64,000 bases of DNA from an uncultured Bacteroidales bacterium. Its GTDB lineage: Bacteria > Bacteroidota > Bacteroidia > Bacteroidales > F082. Location of the stretch: positions 4,905-68,904 of the forward strand of contig CAMZAM010000010.1 of NCBI GenBank assembly GCA_947304185.1. Reading direction: 5' to 3'. Numbering within the stretch: position 1 is the stretch's first letter; every line of letters begins with the position of its first letter. The notes under the pieces were generated by a model. That model was not told where the DNA came from, made no database searches, and saw only the letters and a list, made by a program, of their open reading frames with translations. The translations under genes were made by a program, and so were the position numbers. This document shows positions 9,601 to 16,340 of this stretch, piece by piece.

Positions 9601-10220
9601 CTGTCGCGATATTCCTTCAAAGCCTTGTAGTTGACGAGCTTGCGGAGTTTCTCCATGTCGGCTGCTTCAACTTTCTGGATCTCGTGTGATGTGCGGAATC
9701 CGTCGAAGAAGTGGAGGAATGGGACGCGGCCTTCGATTGCTGCGAGGTGCGCAACAGGGGCGAGGTCCATGATTTCCTGCACTGAGCTTGTTGCCAACAT
9801 TGCGAAGCCTGTCTGGCGGGCACTCATCACGTCGGCGTGGTCGCCGAAGATTGACAATGCCTGTGCTGCGAGAGCACGTGCTGAGACGTGGAATACGCCT
9901 GGGAGCAACTCGCCGGCGATTTTGTACATGTTAGGTATCATCAGCAATAAGCCCTGTGATGCTGTGTAGGTGGTGGTCAAAGCACCAGCCTGCAATGAGC
10001 CGTGCACTGCACCAGCAGCACCAGCCTCTGACTGCATCTCAACGACCTTAACTGTGTCGCCGAAGATATTTTTTTGACCTTTTGCTGCCCATTCGTCGAT
10101 ATACTCAGCCATCGGGGATGACGGGGTGATAGGATAAATGGCGGCAACTTCACTGAACATGTAGGCAACATGGGCCGCAGCCTGGTTACCATCGCATGTC
10201 AAAAACTTTTTTTCTGCCAT
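6678..10220 (-). CDS. nifJ: Pyruvate:ferredoxin (flavodoxin) oxidoreductase, single-chain
   Basis: 1180 aa with two ferredoxin motifs (CIQCNQCSLVCP, CTGCGNCADVCP) and a TPP region (GGDGWAYDIG). I moved the start to ATG 10220 (MAEKKFLTCDGNQAAAH). Confidence 0.95.
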   Translation of the reverse strand: MAEKKFLTCDGNQAAAHVAYMFSEVAAIYPITPSSPMAEYIDEWAAKGQKNIFGDTVKVVEMQSEAGAAGAVHGSLQAGALTTTYTASQGLLLMIPNMYKIAGELLPGVFHVSARALAAQALSIFGDHADVMSARQTGFAMLATSSVQEIMDLAPVAHLAAIEGRVPFLHFFDGFRTSHEIQKVEAADMEKLRKLVNYKALKEYRDRALNPEHPVTRGTAQNPDIYFQTRELQNKYYDALPDIVAKYMKQLSKITGREYAPFVYYGAKDATDIIIAMGSVNDVIKTVIDKENKAGKKLGLVSVHLYRPFSVKYLMEVMPKSVKRICVLDRTKEPGANGDPLYLDVVEAFKDAELHPMIIGGRFGLSSKDTTPAQVLAIYKNLAAPKPMNQFTVGINDDVTHRSLKVGKEISILPKGTFEAKFYGLGADGTVGANKNSIKIIGDNTNKYSQAYFDYDSKKSGGYTCSHLRFGDQPILAPYLVGTPDFVAVHVPSYLRKYDCLRGLKKNGTFLYNSPWSVEETKKHLPDYVKKYLALNNINMYIIDATKIAAEIGLGNRTNTILQSAFFKISGVIPYDLAVQQMKKFIVKSYGKKGEDIVNMNYAAVDRGGEITKVEIPAEWAKLDCTTDFVFEHNADDPEFINKVMRPMVAQCGNDLPVSAFKDIVDGTFPAGTTAYEKRGVATVVPEWNPANCIQCNQCSLVCPHAAIRPVVMTDAEMKKAPKGMAAIDVKMPKELAGMHFRMQVSVLDCTGCGNCADVCPAKEKALVMKPLESQLDEAKNWEYGQKKVTYKDNLIDKYANTKNSQFAQPLFEFSGACAGCGETPYIKTITQLFGERMLVANATGCSSIYGGSAPATPYCKNYRSGKGVAWANSLFEDNAEFGLGMATATRKLRDRIELIMKDAIANCKCCSDDLKKLFQAWIDNRENGIKTAELADKIVAGCEKCGCDKCMQILDLKDHLVKKSQWIFGGDGWAYDIGFGGLDHVLASGEDVNVLVLDTEVYSNTGGQSSKATPAGAVAKFAASGKKVRKKDLGMIAKSYGYVYVAQVAMGSSQAQYFKAIKEAEAYPGPSLIICYAPCINHGIKIGMGHSQMEEKLAVDCGYWHLWRFNPAEEEAGQNGFHLDSKEPDWSKFQNFIMGEVRYNSLLKTFPEEAKELFAKTEQFAKLRYEGYKKLSEGK

Positions 10221-10252
10221 ATTTTTATTTACTTTTAAGTTGATATTTTTTG

Positions 10253-10933
10253 TCATTTAACAGTTCTCTTGATGTCTTTCTTATCTGCAGGTTCATCCAT
10301 ATCATTGAGATAATACTCACTGTACGGACCTCTTGGAATATCCATGAAGATATATTCATTGGTCTTACGCGCTGCCTTGATATGGTCGGTTAAAGCTGTG
10401 TTGATGGCTGAAGCTGTGATGTCGGCCAAGGCCCCTATAATACCGCCTGATCCACTGTTGACACTTAAGTCAAGATACAAATCACAGCTTCTGTCGAAGA
10501 TGATTTCGTTGGTCTTAGCCGATTTTATGATATAATGAATATTAGTTTTGATGCCAAAACCCTGTTTTTCCCATACGTCGATGACAGAGAACACCACGGC
10601 GTCGGCTCCGAAAAACTGTCTGAACTTGTCGAGTTTGCCGTTGATGAACAGCTCGGCGTCGTATGCACTCTCGGCTTTCAGCACTTCCATCGTCAGGAAT
10701 GGCGGGACGACGTAGTATCCGGCTTCTGCCAGAGGTCGTGTGATGGAAGTGTATAACAGATCTTTCGCTTCAACATGGTTGGTGTTGTTGATAGGAGGCA
10801 TCACGAGTAATGTGAGCGGTTTTTGCTCATACATCTGCGGATATTGGTTTCCTCTCGTGAAGCTGCTTGTGGCGCATGATGAGAAGATGATTGCCAGAAG
10901 CCCGATTATCGAATATAACAATGCTTTCTTCAT
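10253..10933 (-). CDS. DUF799 / GNA1162-family lipoprotein
   Basis: Lipobox IIFSSC. LTLLVMPPINNTNHVEAKD..AGYYVVP pattern typical of the family. Confidence 0.65.
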   Translation of the reverse strand: MKKALLYSIIGLLAIIFSSCATSSFTRGNQYPQMYEQKPLTLLVMPPINNTNHVEAKDLLYTSITRPLAEAGYYVVPPFLTMEVLKAESAYDAELFINGKLDKFRQFFGADAVVFSVIDVWEKQGFGIKTNIHYIIKSAKTNEIIFDRSCDLYLDLSVNSGSGGIIGALADITASAINTALTDHIKAARKTNEYIFMDIPRGPYSEYYLNDMDEPADKKDIKRTVK

Positions 10934-10935
10934 GA

Positions 10936-11379
10936 CTATCTCTCCTTTGCGCGGTTTATGAGCGGCTTGATAAACTGAGCCGATTCAGGATATAACTCTA
11001 TTTCTCTCTGCATCAATTCGATGCCGTATTGGTAAAAGTCGGTTCTCGACAAGGCTCTCTGCTGTCGTGCCGTCGCTGTTGAGGCAAATATCTGGTCGAT
11101 ATCCGGTGTCAGGAGCAGGTAGCCGTATTCGGCACATACCCCCGGAGGCGGCACCTGACGTGAACCGCCAGGGTTTGTCACCATCTCTTCATAGGTCATG
11201 ATGAGCTCGCAAATAGCCTCAGGTGACTGCTTGTCGTAGTAGTTATACGCTGCCGCGTCGTAACGGTATGTGTCGTCTGACGACTGCTTCCCCCAGTAGT
11301 ACAACTTCTTGGTTGTCGTGCATGATGTGACGAACATCATGGCGACAACGCATACGGCCAACAACTTCAATTCTCTCAT
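10936..11379 (-). CDS. DUF4810-family lipoprotein
   Basis: Lipobox FVTSC. LYYWGKQS...PPPGVCAEYGYLLL...YPESAQFI pattern. Confidence 0.6.
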   Translation of the reverse strand: MRELKLLAVCVVAMMFVTSCTTTKKLYYWGKQSSDDTYRYDAAAYNYYDKQSPEAICELIMTYEEMVTNPGGSRQVPPPGVCAEYGYLLLTPDIDQIFASTATARQQRALSRTDFYQYGIELMQREIELYPESAQFIKPLINRAKER

Positions 11380-11714
11380 AGTCCTATGATTCTACTCTCG
11401 TTGTTCGACAGGAAAATCGTTTCTTTTAACACCTCTTCTCCGTTTGAGGTGACGATTATTTCGTGTTTGCCAGGTTCGATTTTAATGGTGTTTTGAGCAG
11501 TCTGCTTGATACGGCGGTCTGTTCTCCAATCTTTAAGCTTCGCCGTTTTCACTTCGTAGGCTTTTCCGTCTATTGTAACGGTCACAGGATATGATTTCTG
11601 TGCTACGAATGACACGCTTGCCTGTTCGCTTTTGCCTGATTCCACTGAATATGTACCCACACCGCAACTTGCCATTGCGAGGAGCAGTACTGCTATTGCC
11701 AATATCTTTTTCAT
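11376..11714 (-). CDS. Small lipoprotein, beta-sandwich (PEGA-like) pattern, function unknown
   Basis: Lipobox AMASC. VTVTIDGKAYEV...IEPGKHEIIVTSNGEEV. Overlaps the next gene by 4 nt. Confidence 0.5.
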   Translation of the reverse strand: MKKILAIAVLLLAMASCGVGTYSVESGKSEQASVSFVAQKSYPVTVTIDGKAYEVKTAKLKDWRTDRRIKQTAQNTIKIEPGKHEIIVTSNGEEVLKETIFLSNNESRIIGL

Positions 11715-11723
11715 AATGCTTAA

Positions 11724-12605
11724 TTATTTGTCAGAAACATAATATTTTGTGAGGAGGTTCTCTTCGTCGAGCTTATCTCCGTCGTATGTGCAGAATGAAA
11801 TCTCCGTCTCAGGGGTGTCGCCCACCGACATCACGACTGTCACTGTGCCGATTTTCTTGCCTGGAAGCTCGACATTGACACCTGATTGCGGGTTCTTGAC
11901 GGTCTTGCCTTTTGCATATACGTTGAATACGTCGCCGGGGACGAGGCCTTGTGATGTGCCGCCAGAAATGATGTAGCTGCCGTCTTCAATGGCAAGGATG
12001 TATGATTTCCAAGGCTGGTCGGTGCACTTCTTGATGATGTTCTCGACGAGCTGTGAGATGGCTGCAGAGATGGCTTTGTCGCTTAAGGTGGCATCGAAAC
12101 CTGCCTCACCGCCTATGCCGAGAGTCTCTTTCGTTGTGGTCTCTGCAAAACCTTCAGCCTCTTCCGAGTAGATGACGAGACTTGTGGCGGCATCGACGAT
12201 GCGGATGCTCACGCCTGCCTCGACGGTCTGTGTCTTCGTTGATGAGAACACCTTCTGCTGACCTTCGGTCTTACGACCGTATTTTGTGATTGAGCCCACA
12301 ATGAGGTAGTCGGCATTGATCTTGCTCATGCCGTCGCCTTTTTCCTGAACGAGAGCGTCAAGGTCTGTTCTCTCCAAAAGGATAAATTTTCCTGACTGAC
12401 TGAGTTTTGCCATGAGGAAGTCGGTAGCCTGTTTCTGCATTGGGTCGTTGTCTCTGTCGTAGAACATGCCCTTGCCATATTGTGTCTCATTGGTGAATCT
12501 GCCAATAGCGACTTTTCTTTTTATAGTCTTTTCACCTTGTGCGAATGCTGATGTGGCTATTGCTATAACCAACAACAATGCTAAAGTTTTAATCGTTCTT
12601 TTCAT
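11724..12605 (-). CDS. CsgG/HfaB-family protein with extra C-terminal beta-rich domain
   Basis: Signal peptide without a lipobox Cys. KVAIGRFTNETQYGKG...GKFILLERTDLDALVQE...YLIVGSITKYG matches the CsgG-fold pattern, followed by a ~90-aa C-terminal extension. Confidence 0.65.
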   Translation of the reverse strand: MKRTIKTLALLLVIAIATSAFAQGEKTIKRKVAIGRFTNETQYGKGMFYDRDNDPMQKQATDFLMAKLSQSGKFILLERTDLDALVQEKGDGMSKINADYLIVGSITKYGRKTEGQQKVFSSTKTQTVEAGVSIRIVDAATSLVIYSEEAEGFAETTTKETLGIGGEAGFDATLSDKAISAAISQLVENIIKKCTDQPWKSYILAIEDGSYIISGGTSQGLVPGDVFNVYAKGKTVKNPQSGVNVELPGKKIGTVTVVMSVGDTPETEISFCTYDGDKLDEENLLTKYYVSDK

Positions 12606-12634
12606 GATCGTATGAATAGTTTGTAATTAAACCG

Positions 12635-12642
12635 CAAAGATA
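12635..12642 (-). promoter_or_regulatory. -7 box TATCTTTG for the CsgG-like operon
   Basis: Plus strand reads caaagata. It lies 30 nt upstream of ATG 12605. Confidence 0.55.
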
Positions 12643-12688
12643 GTGCTTTTTCCTCAATTACAAGGATATTTTTGAAATTTATTTTTGT

Positions 12689-12727
12689 AAAAAATAAAAA
12701 AGTCGAGCCCGCTGCGCGGGCTCGACT
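12689..12727 (-). terminator. Intrinsic terminator after the DUF1566 lipoprotein gene
   Basis: Perfect 12-bp stem agtcgagcccgc/gcgggctcgact with a 3-nt loop. On the minus strand it is followed by TTTTTATTTTTT. Confidence 0.85.
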
Positions 12728-12747
12728 GTGACTGTCAAATTGATTCA

Positions 12748-13335
12748 TTAGAACGAATGAACAGCTCTGACTCTGTAATACTCGGATTTGGAGCATCCGA
12801 TGCTTGGAAAACCAGTCGCCCTGTTCTTACCATCTTCCGTTGATGTCCAATAATTTACATCCAAAATCTCGGCGCCGCCATAATATGATAAAGTGTCATT
12901 GACAATACTTGCCACACGGTTGACGTCACGAAACTCATAATAAGCCGGAAGATACCAACCTGTTACTCCGTTGGTGTTTTTTTCTTGGCACCATTTGAAA
13001 GCCGGATATTGTTCCAGATCATAGTTGGAGACAATGATATTCATGTTCGACAATCCGCTATCCGGGTATGTCGCACCGGTTTCAACATTTTCCAAGCTCC
13101 ATTTACGAAAACCATATGGTTCATCCATGGAAACTATCATTCCGTGTCGGCCATCATCAGAAATCTTATAAACGACACCTTCGACTCCGTTTACTTTGTA
13201 GTGCTCGCCGATATCGTAGGTCTTTCCGTTTACGCTGCTCCCGCCATTCCCCGAGTCTGCTGAAGCATTGTCTTTCTTGCATCCTGTAAATATTGCCAGG
13301 ATGCTAATCAATAAAAACAGATTAAGTTTTTTCAT
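12748..13335 (-). CDS. DUF1566 (Lcl C-terminal-like) lipoprotein
   Basis: Lipobox IFTGC. GWYLPAYYEF, NYWTSTE and VRAVHSF motifs. Confidence 0.6.
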   Translation of the reverse strand: MKKLNLFLLISILAIFTGCKKDNASADSGNGGSSVNGKTYDIGEHYKVNGVEGVVYKISDDGRHGMIVSMDEPYGFRKWSLENVETGATYPDSGLSNMNIIVSNYDLEQYPAFKWCQEKNTNGVTGWYLPAYYEFRDVNRVASIVNDTLSYYGGAEILDVNYWTSTEDGKNRATGFPSIGCSKSEYYRVRAVHSF

Positions 13336-13346
13336 CTTTTTATTAT

Positions 13347-13814
13347 TTATTTGTTTTCGTGCTGGCAGCCTTCATGCTGATGCTCGCATTTGCCCTCATG
13401 TTTCTGGCAGCCTTCATGGTTACCTTCGCATTTGTGACCTTCTTCATGCTTGCAACCTTCGTGTTTCTCGCAACCTTCGTGTTTTTCGCACTTTCCTTCG
13501 TGTTTGTTGCATTCAGGTTTTGGCATGTTGGCTTTCATTTCCTGCATCTTCTTTGCCATACCGATGACTTCTGCTCTCTGAGCCTCATCGAGGTTCTCCC
13601 AGTTAGCGACAGCGTCGACGATCTTATCCATGCAGCACATCATTTCTGGGCAAGGAGCCTGATCGTGGTGATCGCACTCATGGTGTTTCTCGCACTGCTC
13701 TTTCTTGTCTTTGCAGCACTCTTTCTGTTCGCAATTCTCTTTGTTTTCCTGTTTGTCGCAGCATGATGTCATCAAAAATGCTGCAAGACCTAATGTTAAG
13801 AACAATTTTTTCAT
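13347..13814 (-). CDS. Cys/His-rich exported lipoprotein with tandem (K/E)HEG(K)C repeats, unknown family
   Basis: Signal peptide plus lipobox (AFLMTSC), counting from ATG 13814. An alternative ATG at 13838 abuts the upstream stop. See the finding at 13347-13838. Confidence 0.7.
   Translation of the reverse strand: MKKLFLTLGLAAFLMTSCCDKQENKENCEQKECCKDKKEQCEKHHECDHHDQAPCPEMMCCMDKIVDAVANWENLDEAQRAEVIGMAKKMQEMKANMPKPECNKHEGKCEKHEGCEKHEGCKHEEGHKCEGNHEGCQKHEGKCEHQHEGCQHENK
13350..13520 (-). repeat. In-frame 18-nt tandem repeats encoding the HEGC hexapeptide array
   Basis: For example, 13452-13469 and 13470-13487 differ at a single base. The repeats are coding, not a CRISPR array. Confidence 0.8.
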
Positions 13815-13838
13815 TTTAGTATTTTTTAAGTTAAACAT

Positions 13839-14135
13839 TTATTCTTTGACGTCTAAAATATAGACCACTTCATCGTCACGTTTCATAAGATGCTGCTCGC
13901 GAGCGACCTTCTCGAGTAGTGCAGTGTCGCTTTTTAAAGCGTTGAGCGTCTGTTCCTGCTTCTCGATCTCTCTGTCGTAATACTCCACTTCCTTCTTCAT
14001 CTTGCGAAGTTTACGGTAGCTCTTACTTTGCTCAAAAACGTTGTATTGATCAATAAAAACAATGAGTGCGGCGAATATCAACGTCGCAATGACATATTTG
14101 TTTGACAGCTTCTTTAAAACATCTTTAAAACTCAT
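13839..14135 (-). CDS. Septum formation initiator family protein (FtsB/DivIC-like)
   Basis: 98 aa with one TM helix then a coiled coil, and LEKVAREQHLMKRDDEVVY at the C-terminus. I moved the start to ATG 14135, because the -7 box overlaps the ORF-track TTG at 14153. Confidence 0.7.
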   Translation of the reverse strand: MSFKDVLKKLSNKYVIATLIFAALIVFIDQYNVFEQSKSYRKLRKMKKEVEYYDREIEKQEQTLNALKSDTALLEKVAREQHLMKRDDEVVYILDVKE

Positions 14136-14150
14136 TGTCTCAAATTTTTG

Positions 14151-14158
14151 CAAAGATA
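14151..14158 (-). promoter_or_regulatory. -7 box TATCTTTG for the ftsB-like operon
   Basis: Plus strand reads caaagata. It lies 15 nt upstream of ATG 14135. Confidence 0.55.
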
Positions 14159-14232
14159 CAAATTTTCTTCTAAGATGAGTCTAAATTCGGCAACTAATTA
14201 TCAACATTTTTGAATATGTAAGATTTTTTTGT

Positions 14233-14240
14233 TATTTTTG
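14233..14240 (+). promoter_or_regulatory. -7 box TATTTTTG for the 14263 gene
   Basis: Matches TAnnTTTG, 22 nt upstream of ATG 14263. Confidence 0.55.
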
Positions 14241-14262
14241 CAGAATAAATATGGAAATTAAT

Positions 14263-15885
14263 ATGAAAAAACTGTTTTTTGCTCTGATTTTGACGTCCAT
14301 TACCATCGCATCGTATTCGCAGGACGATGAATACCAAAAATATCTCGAATCGCAAAAAAAACAATATCAGCAGACCGTCAATGCGTATCAGAAGGATATG
14401 CAGCAGAGAAGTCAGGAATACCAAGACTTTATCGACAAACAGAATGCCGAATTCGCCGATTTCATGGCAAAACAATGGGAACTCTTCAACGATTTTGCGA
14501 AAGACCGCATCGAGATGACCCAGCCAAAGCCGACGAAAGTGCCTGTAGCGACAGTGAATAACGAGGAAAAGCAGTTTTCTTCGAATGAGATAAAATATGC
14601 AAAAGAAGTGGAGCTGCCGAAGGTGACGCATGCCACGGCGGTGACGATTGAGAAGGAGGAAAACAATAATTATGAACAAAGGGTGAGTGTCGACGAAAAA
14701 GGCGTGAAAAACGTGCCGATGAGCGACAACGAGAGATCGAAAAAGCTTGCAATCGACAACAGCACCAATATTTTACTGAATTTCTACGGTCGTCAGGTGA
14801 ACTTGCATCTTGACCCGAAGCTGAGGATAAAAAGCACCGGCATCGACGAGAAAAACGTGTCGGAATACTTCAAAAAGATCGCCAAATGTCAGAATGAGAC
14901 TCAGGCTCTTTGGAGCGAAGTCAAAGGCGTCGTCGATCAGTTCGGACTCAACGAGTGGGGCTGTTTCTGCCTCCTCCGCACACTTTCTGAGAAGGTGTTT
15001 TCCGATGTAAACGACCGTGTCATGTTCTGTTTTTACATGCTTCGTAACGAAGGCGGCTTCAAGACCCGTATCGGTCGCGGTAAAGACTCAGGAAATCTTA
15101 CGCTTCTCATCGCTCTCGACAACAGTAAACAGGTGTATTCATACACTTTCTTCCGCTTCGATGACGACAAACAAGGCAACAAGGTGAAATACTACTGCGT
15201 ATACGGCGGCGGCAAGGCAAACGAGGCTGTGTATTCATACAGCTTCAGCGAGCAAGATGCGGCGAAACGCCAGATGACGCTGGACTTCACAAAGAACCTC
15301 AATATGGGCGAATGTAACGTGAGCCGCGAGCTGAAGCTAACTAAAGACAAGAAAATTACACTGCCTTACAACAAGTCTCATATCGCCTACCTCGATGATG
15401 TCCCGATGACGGTGTTTCCGATTTATTTCACCACGGCATTGCCTATCGAGTCTCAGAAAGTGCTGCTCAACACTTTTGAACAGATGAAGAAAGACTACAC
15501 TCCGACGCAATTTATTGGGATGCTGCTGCATTTCGTGCAGACGGGCTTCGAATACAAAACCGACGAGGAACAGTTCGGCTATGAAAAATATTTCTATCCT
15601 GAAGAAGTGATAGGATATCCTTACTGCGACTGTGAAGATCGGTCGGCGTTGTTCGCCTGGCTGGTGGAGCGCTACACCAATGCCAAAGTCATCGGACTTC
15701 AATACGAAGGCCACGTGGCCACCGCGGTTTATTTCGGCGACAACGCCGACGTGAAAGGCGATGGATTTATGTACGGCGGCAAGAAATATTATGTGTGCGA
15801 CCCGACATACATCAACGCGTCGATAGGAATGACGATGCCGCAGTATAAAGGGAAGACGCCGAAGGTAATAAAACTCAAAAAGTAG
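14263..15885 (+). CDS. Secreted protein with C-terminal transglutaminase-like Cys-His-Asp fold
   Basis: Signal peptide MKKLFFALILTSITIASYSQ (alternative ATG at 14251) and a Q/E/K-rich N-terminal region. YCDCEDRSALFAWL...EGHVATAVYF...YVCDPTY. Confidence 0.6.
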   Translation: MKKLFFALILTSITIASYSQDDEYQKYLESQKKQYQQTVNAYQKDMQQRSQEYQDFIDKQNAEFADFMAKQWELFNDFAKDRIEMTQPKPTKVPVATVNNEEKQFSSNEIKYAKEVELPKVTHATAVTIEKEENNNYEQRVSVDEKGVKNVPMSDNERSKKLAIDNSTNILLNFYGRQVNLHLDPKLRIKSTGIDEKNVSEYFKKIAKCQNETQALWSEVKGVVDQFGLNEWGCFCLLRTLSEKVFSDVNDRVMFCFYMLRNEGGFKTRIGRGKDSGNLTLLIALDNSKQVYSYTFFRFDDDKQGNKVKYYCVYGGGKANEAVYSYSFSEQDAAKRQMTLDFTKNLNMGECNVSRELKLTKDKKITLPYNKSHIAYLDDVPMTVFPIYFTTALPIESQKVLLNTFEQMKKDYTPTQFIGMLLHFVQTGFEYKTDEEQFGYEKYFYPEEVIGYPYCDCEDRSALFAWLVERYTNAKVIGLQYEGHVATAVYFGDNADVKGDGFMYGGKKYYVCDPTYINASIGMTMPQYKGKTPKVIKLKK

Positions 15886-15902
15886 TATTAAAATTAAGGG
15901 AA

Positions 15903-16340
15903 ATGAATAAAAAACTTTTAATCACGATTATAATTATTTTAGCGGTGGCTGGCGCTGCCGTGGCATCATATTTCATCTGGTTCCATCACGACTACGTCGA
16001 GCCGGAAGTGCTTGAACCTGAAGTGTTTCACGATGTGGAGTTTGACGAAGACCTCCTCATCGGAGTGTGGAAAGAAAACGACCTTTATTACCGTTACAAC
16101 GACGACGGCACCGCTGTCACATGGGATCTCGCCGACGATGTGATGGAAGACGAAGGCACGCAGCTTACATGGACGCTCGAGGGTAACATTTTCACACACC
16201 TATATGAGATGGAGATCGGTGGAATCATCCCTAAGGTCTACAATATGAAGGTGTTAGAACTCGACCTGATGGAATATAACGATGATTATGGTGTAAGCCA
16301 CACTTTCACGAAGGTGGAAGAGCTGAGACTCATTCAGTAA
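15903..16340 (+). CDS. Membrane-anchored lipocalin-like domain protein (tentative)
   Basis: N-terminal TM helix, then LIGVWKEN..YRYNDDGT..TWTLEGN pattern. Lies 17 nt downstream of the previous gene. Confidence 0.45.
   Translation: MNKKLLITIIIILAVAGAAVASYFIWFHHDYVEPEVLEPEVFHDVEFDEDLLIGVWKENDLYYRYNDDGTAVTWDLADDVMEDEGTQLTWTLEGNIFTHLYEMEIGGIIPKVYNMKVLELDLMEYNDDYGVSHTFTKVEELRLIQ

Noticed and set aside
10221-10256. 12-aa N-terminal extension of nifJ overlapping the DUF799 gene stop
   Set aside because: MAEKKFLTCDGNQAAAH at ATG 10220 matches the usual PFOR N-terminus. The extension has no support.
12602-12796. 64-aa minus-strand ORF spanning the 12606-12747 spacer
   Set aside because: It reads straight through a perfect 12-bp terminator hairpin and a -7 box, and it overlaps the 3' end of the DUF1566 gene.
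13350-13520. Possible CRISPR or other non-coding tandem repeat
   Set aside because: The repeats are 18 nt, contiguous with no spacers, in frame, and encode the HEGC hexapeptide array. No CRISPR-like repeat-spacer architecture exists anywhere in the window.
13268-13766. Two + strand ORFs (99 and 135 aa) opposite the Cys/His-rich gene
   Set aside because: These are artefacts of the reverse frame of an 18-nt repeat region (F/L/A/V-only composition). The minus frame has a signal peptide and an operon context.
14194-14679. 161-aa minus-strand ORF across the 14251 gene start
   Set aside because: It overlaps the divergent promoter region and the 5' end of a signal-peptide-bearing gene. Its R/F/L/H-rich composition is not protein-like.
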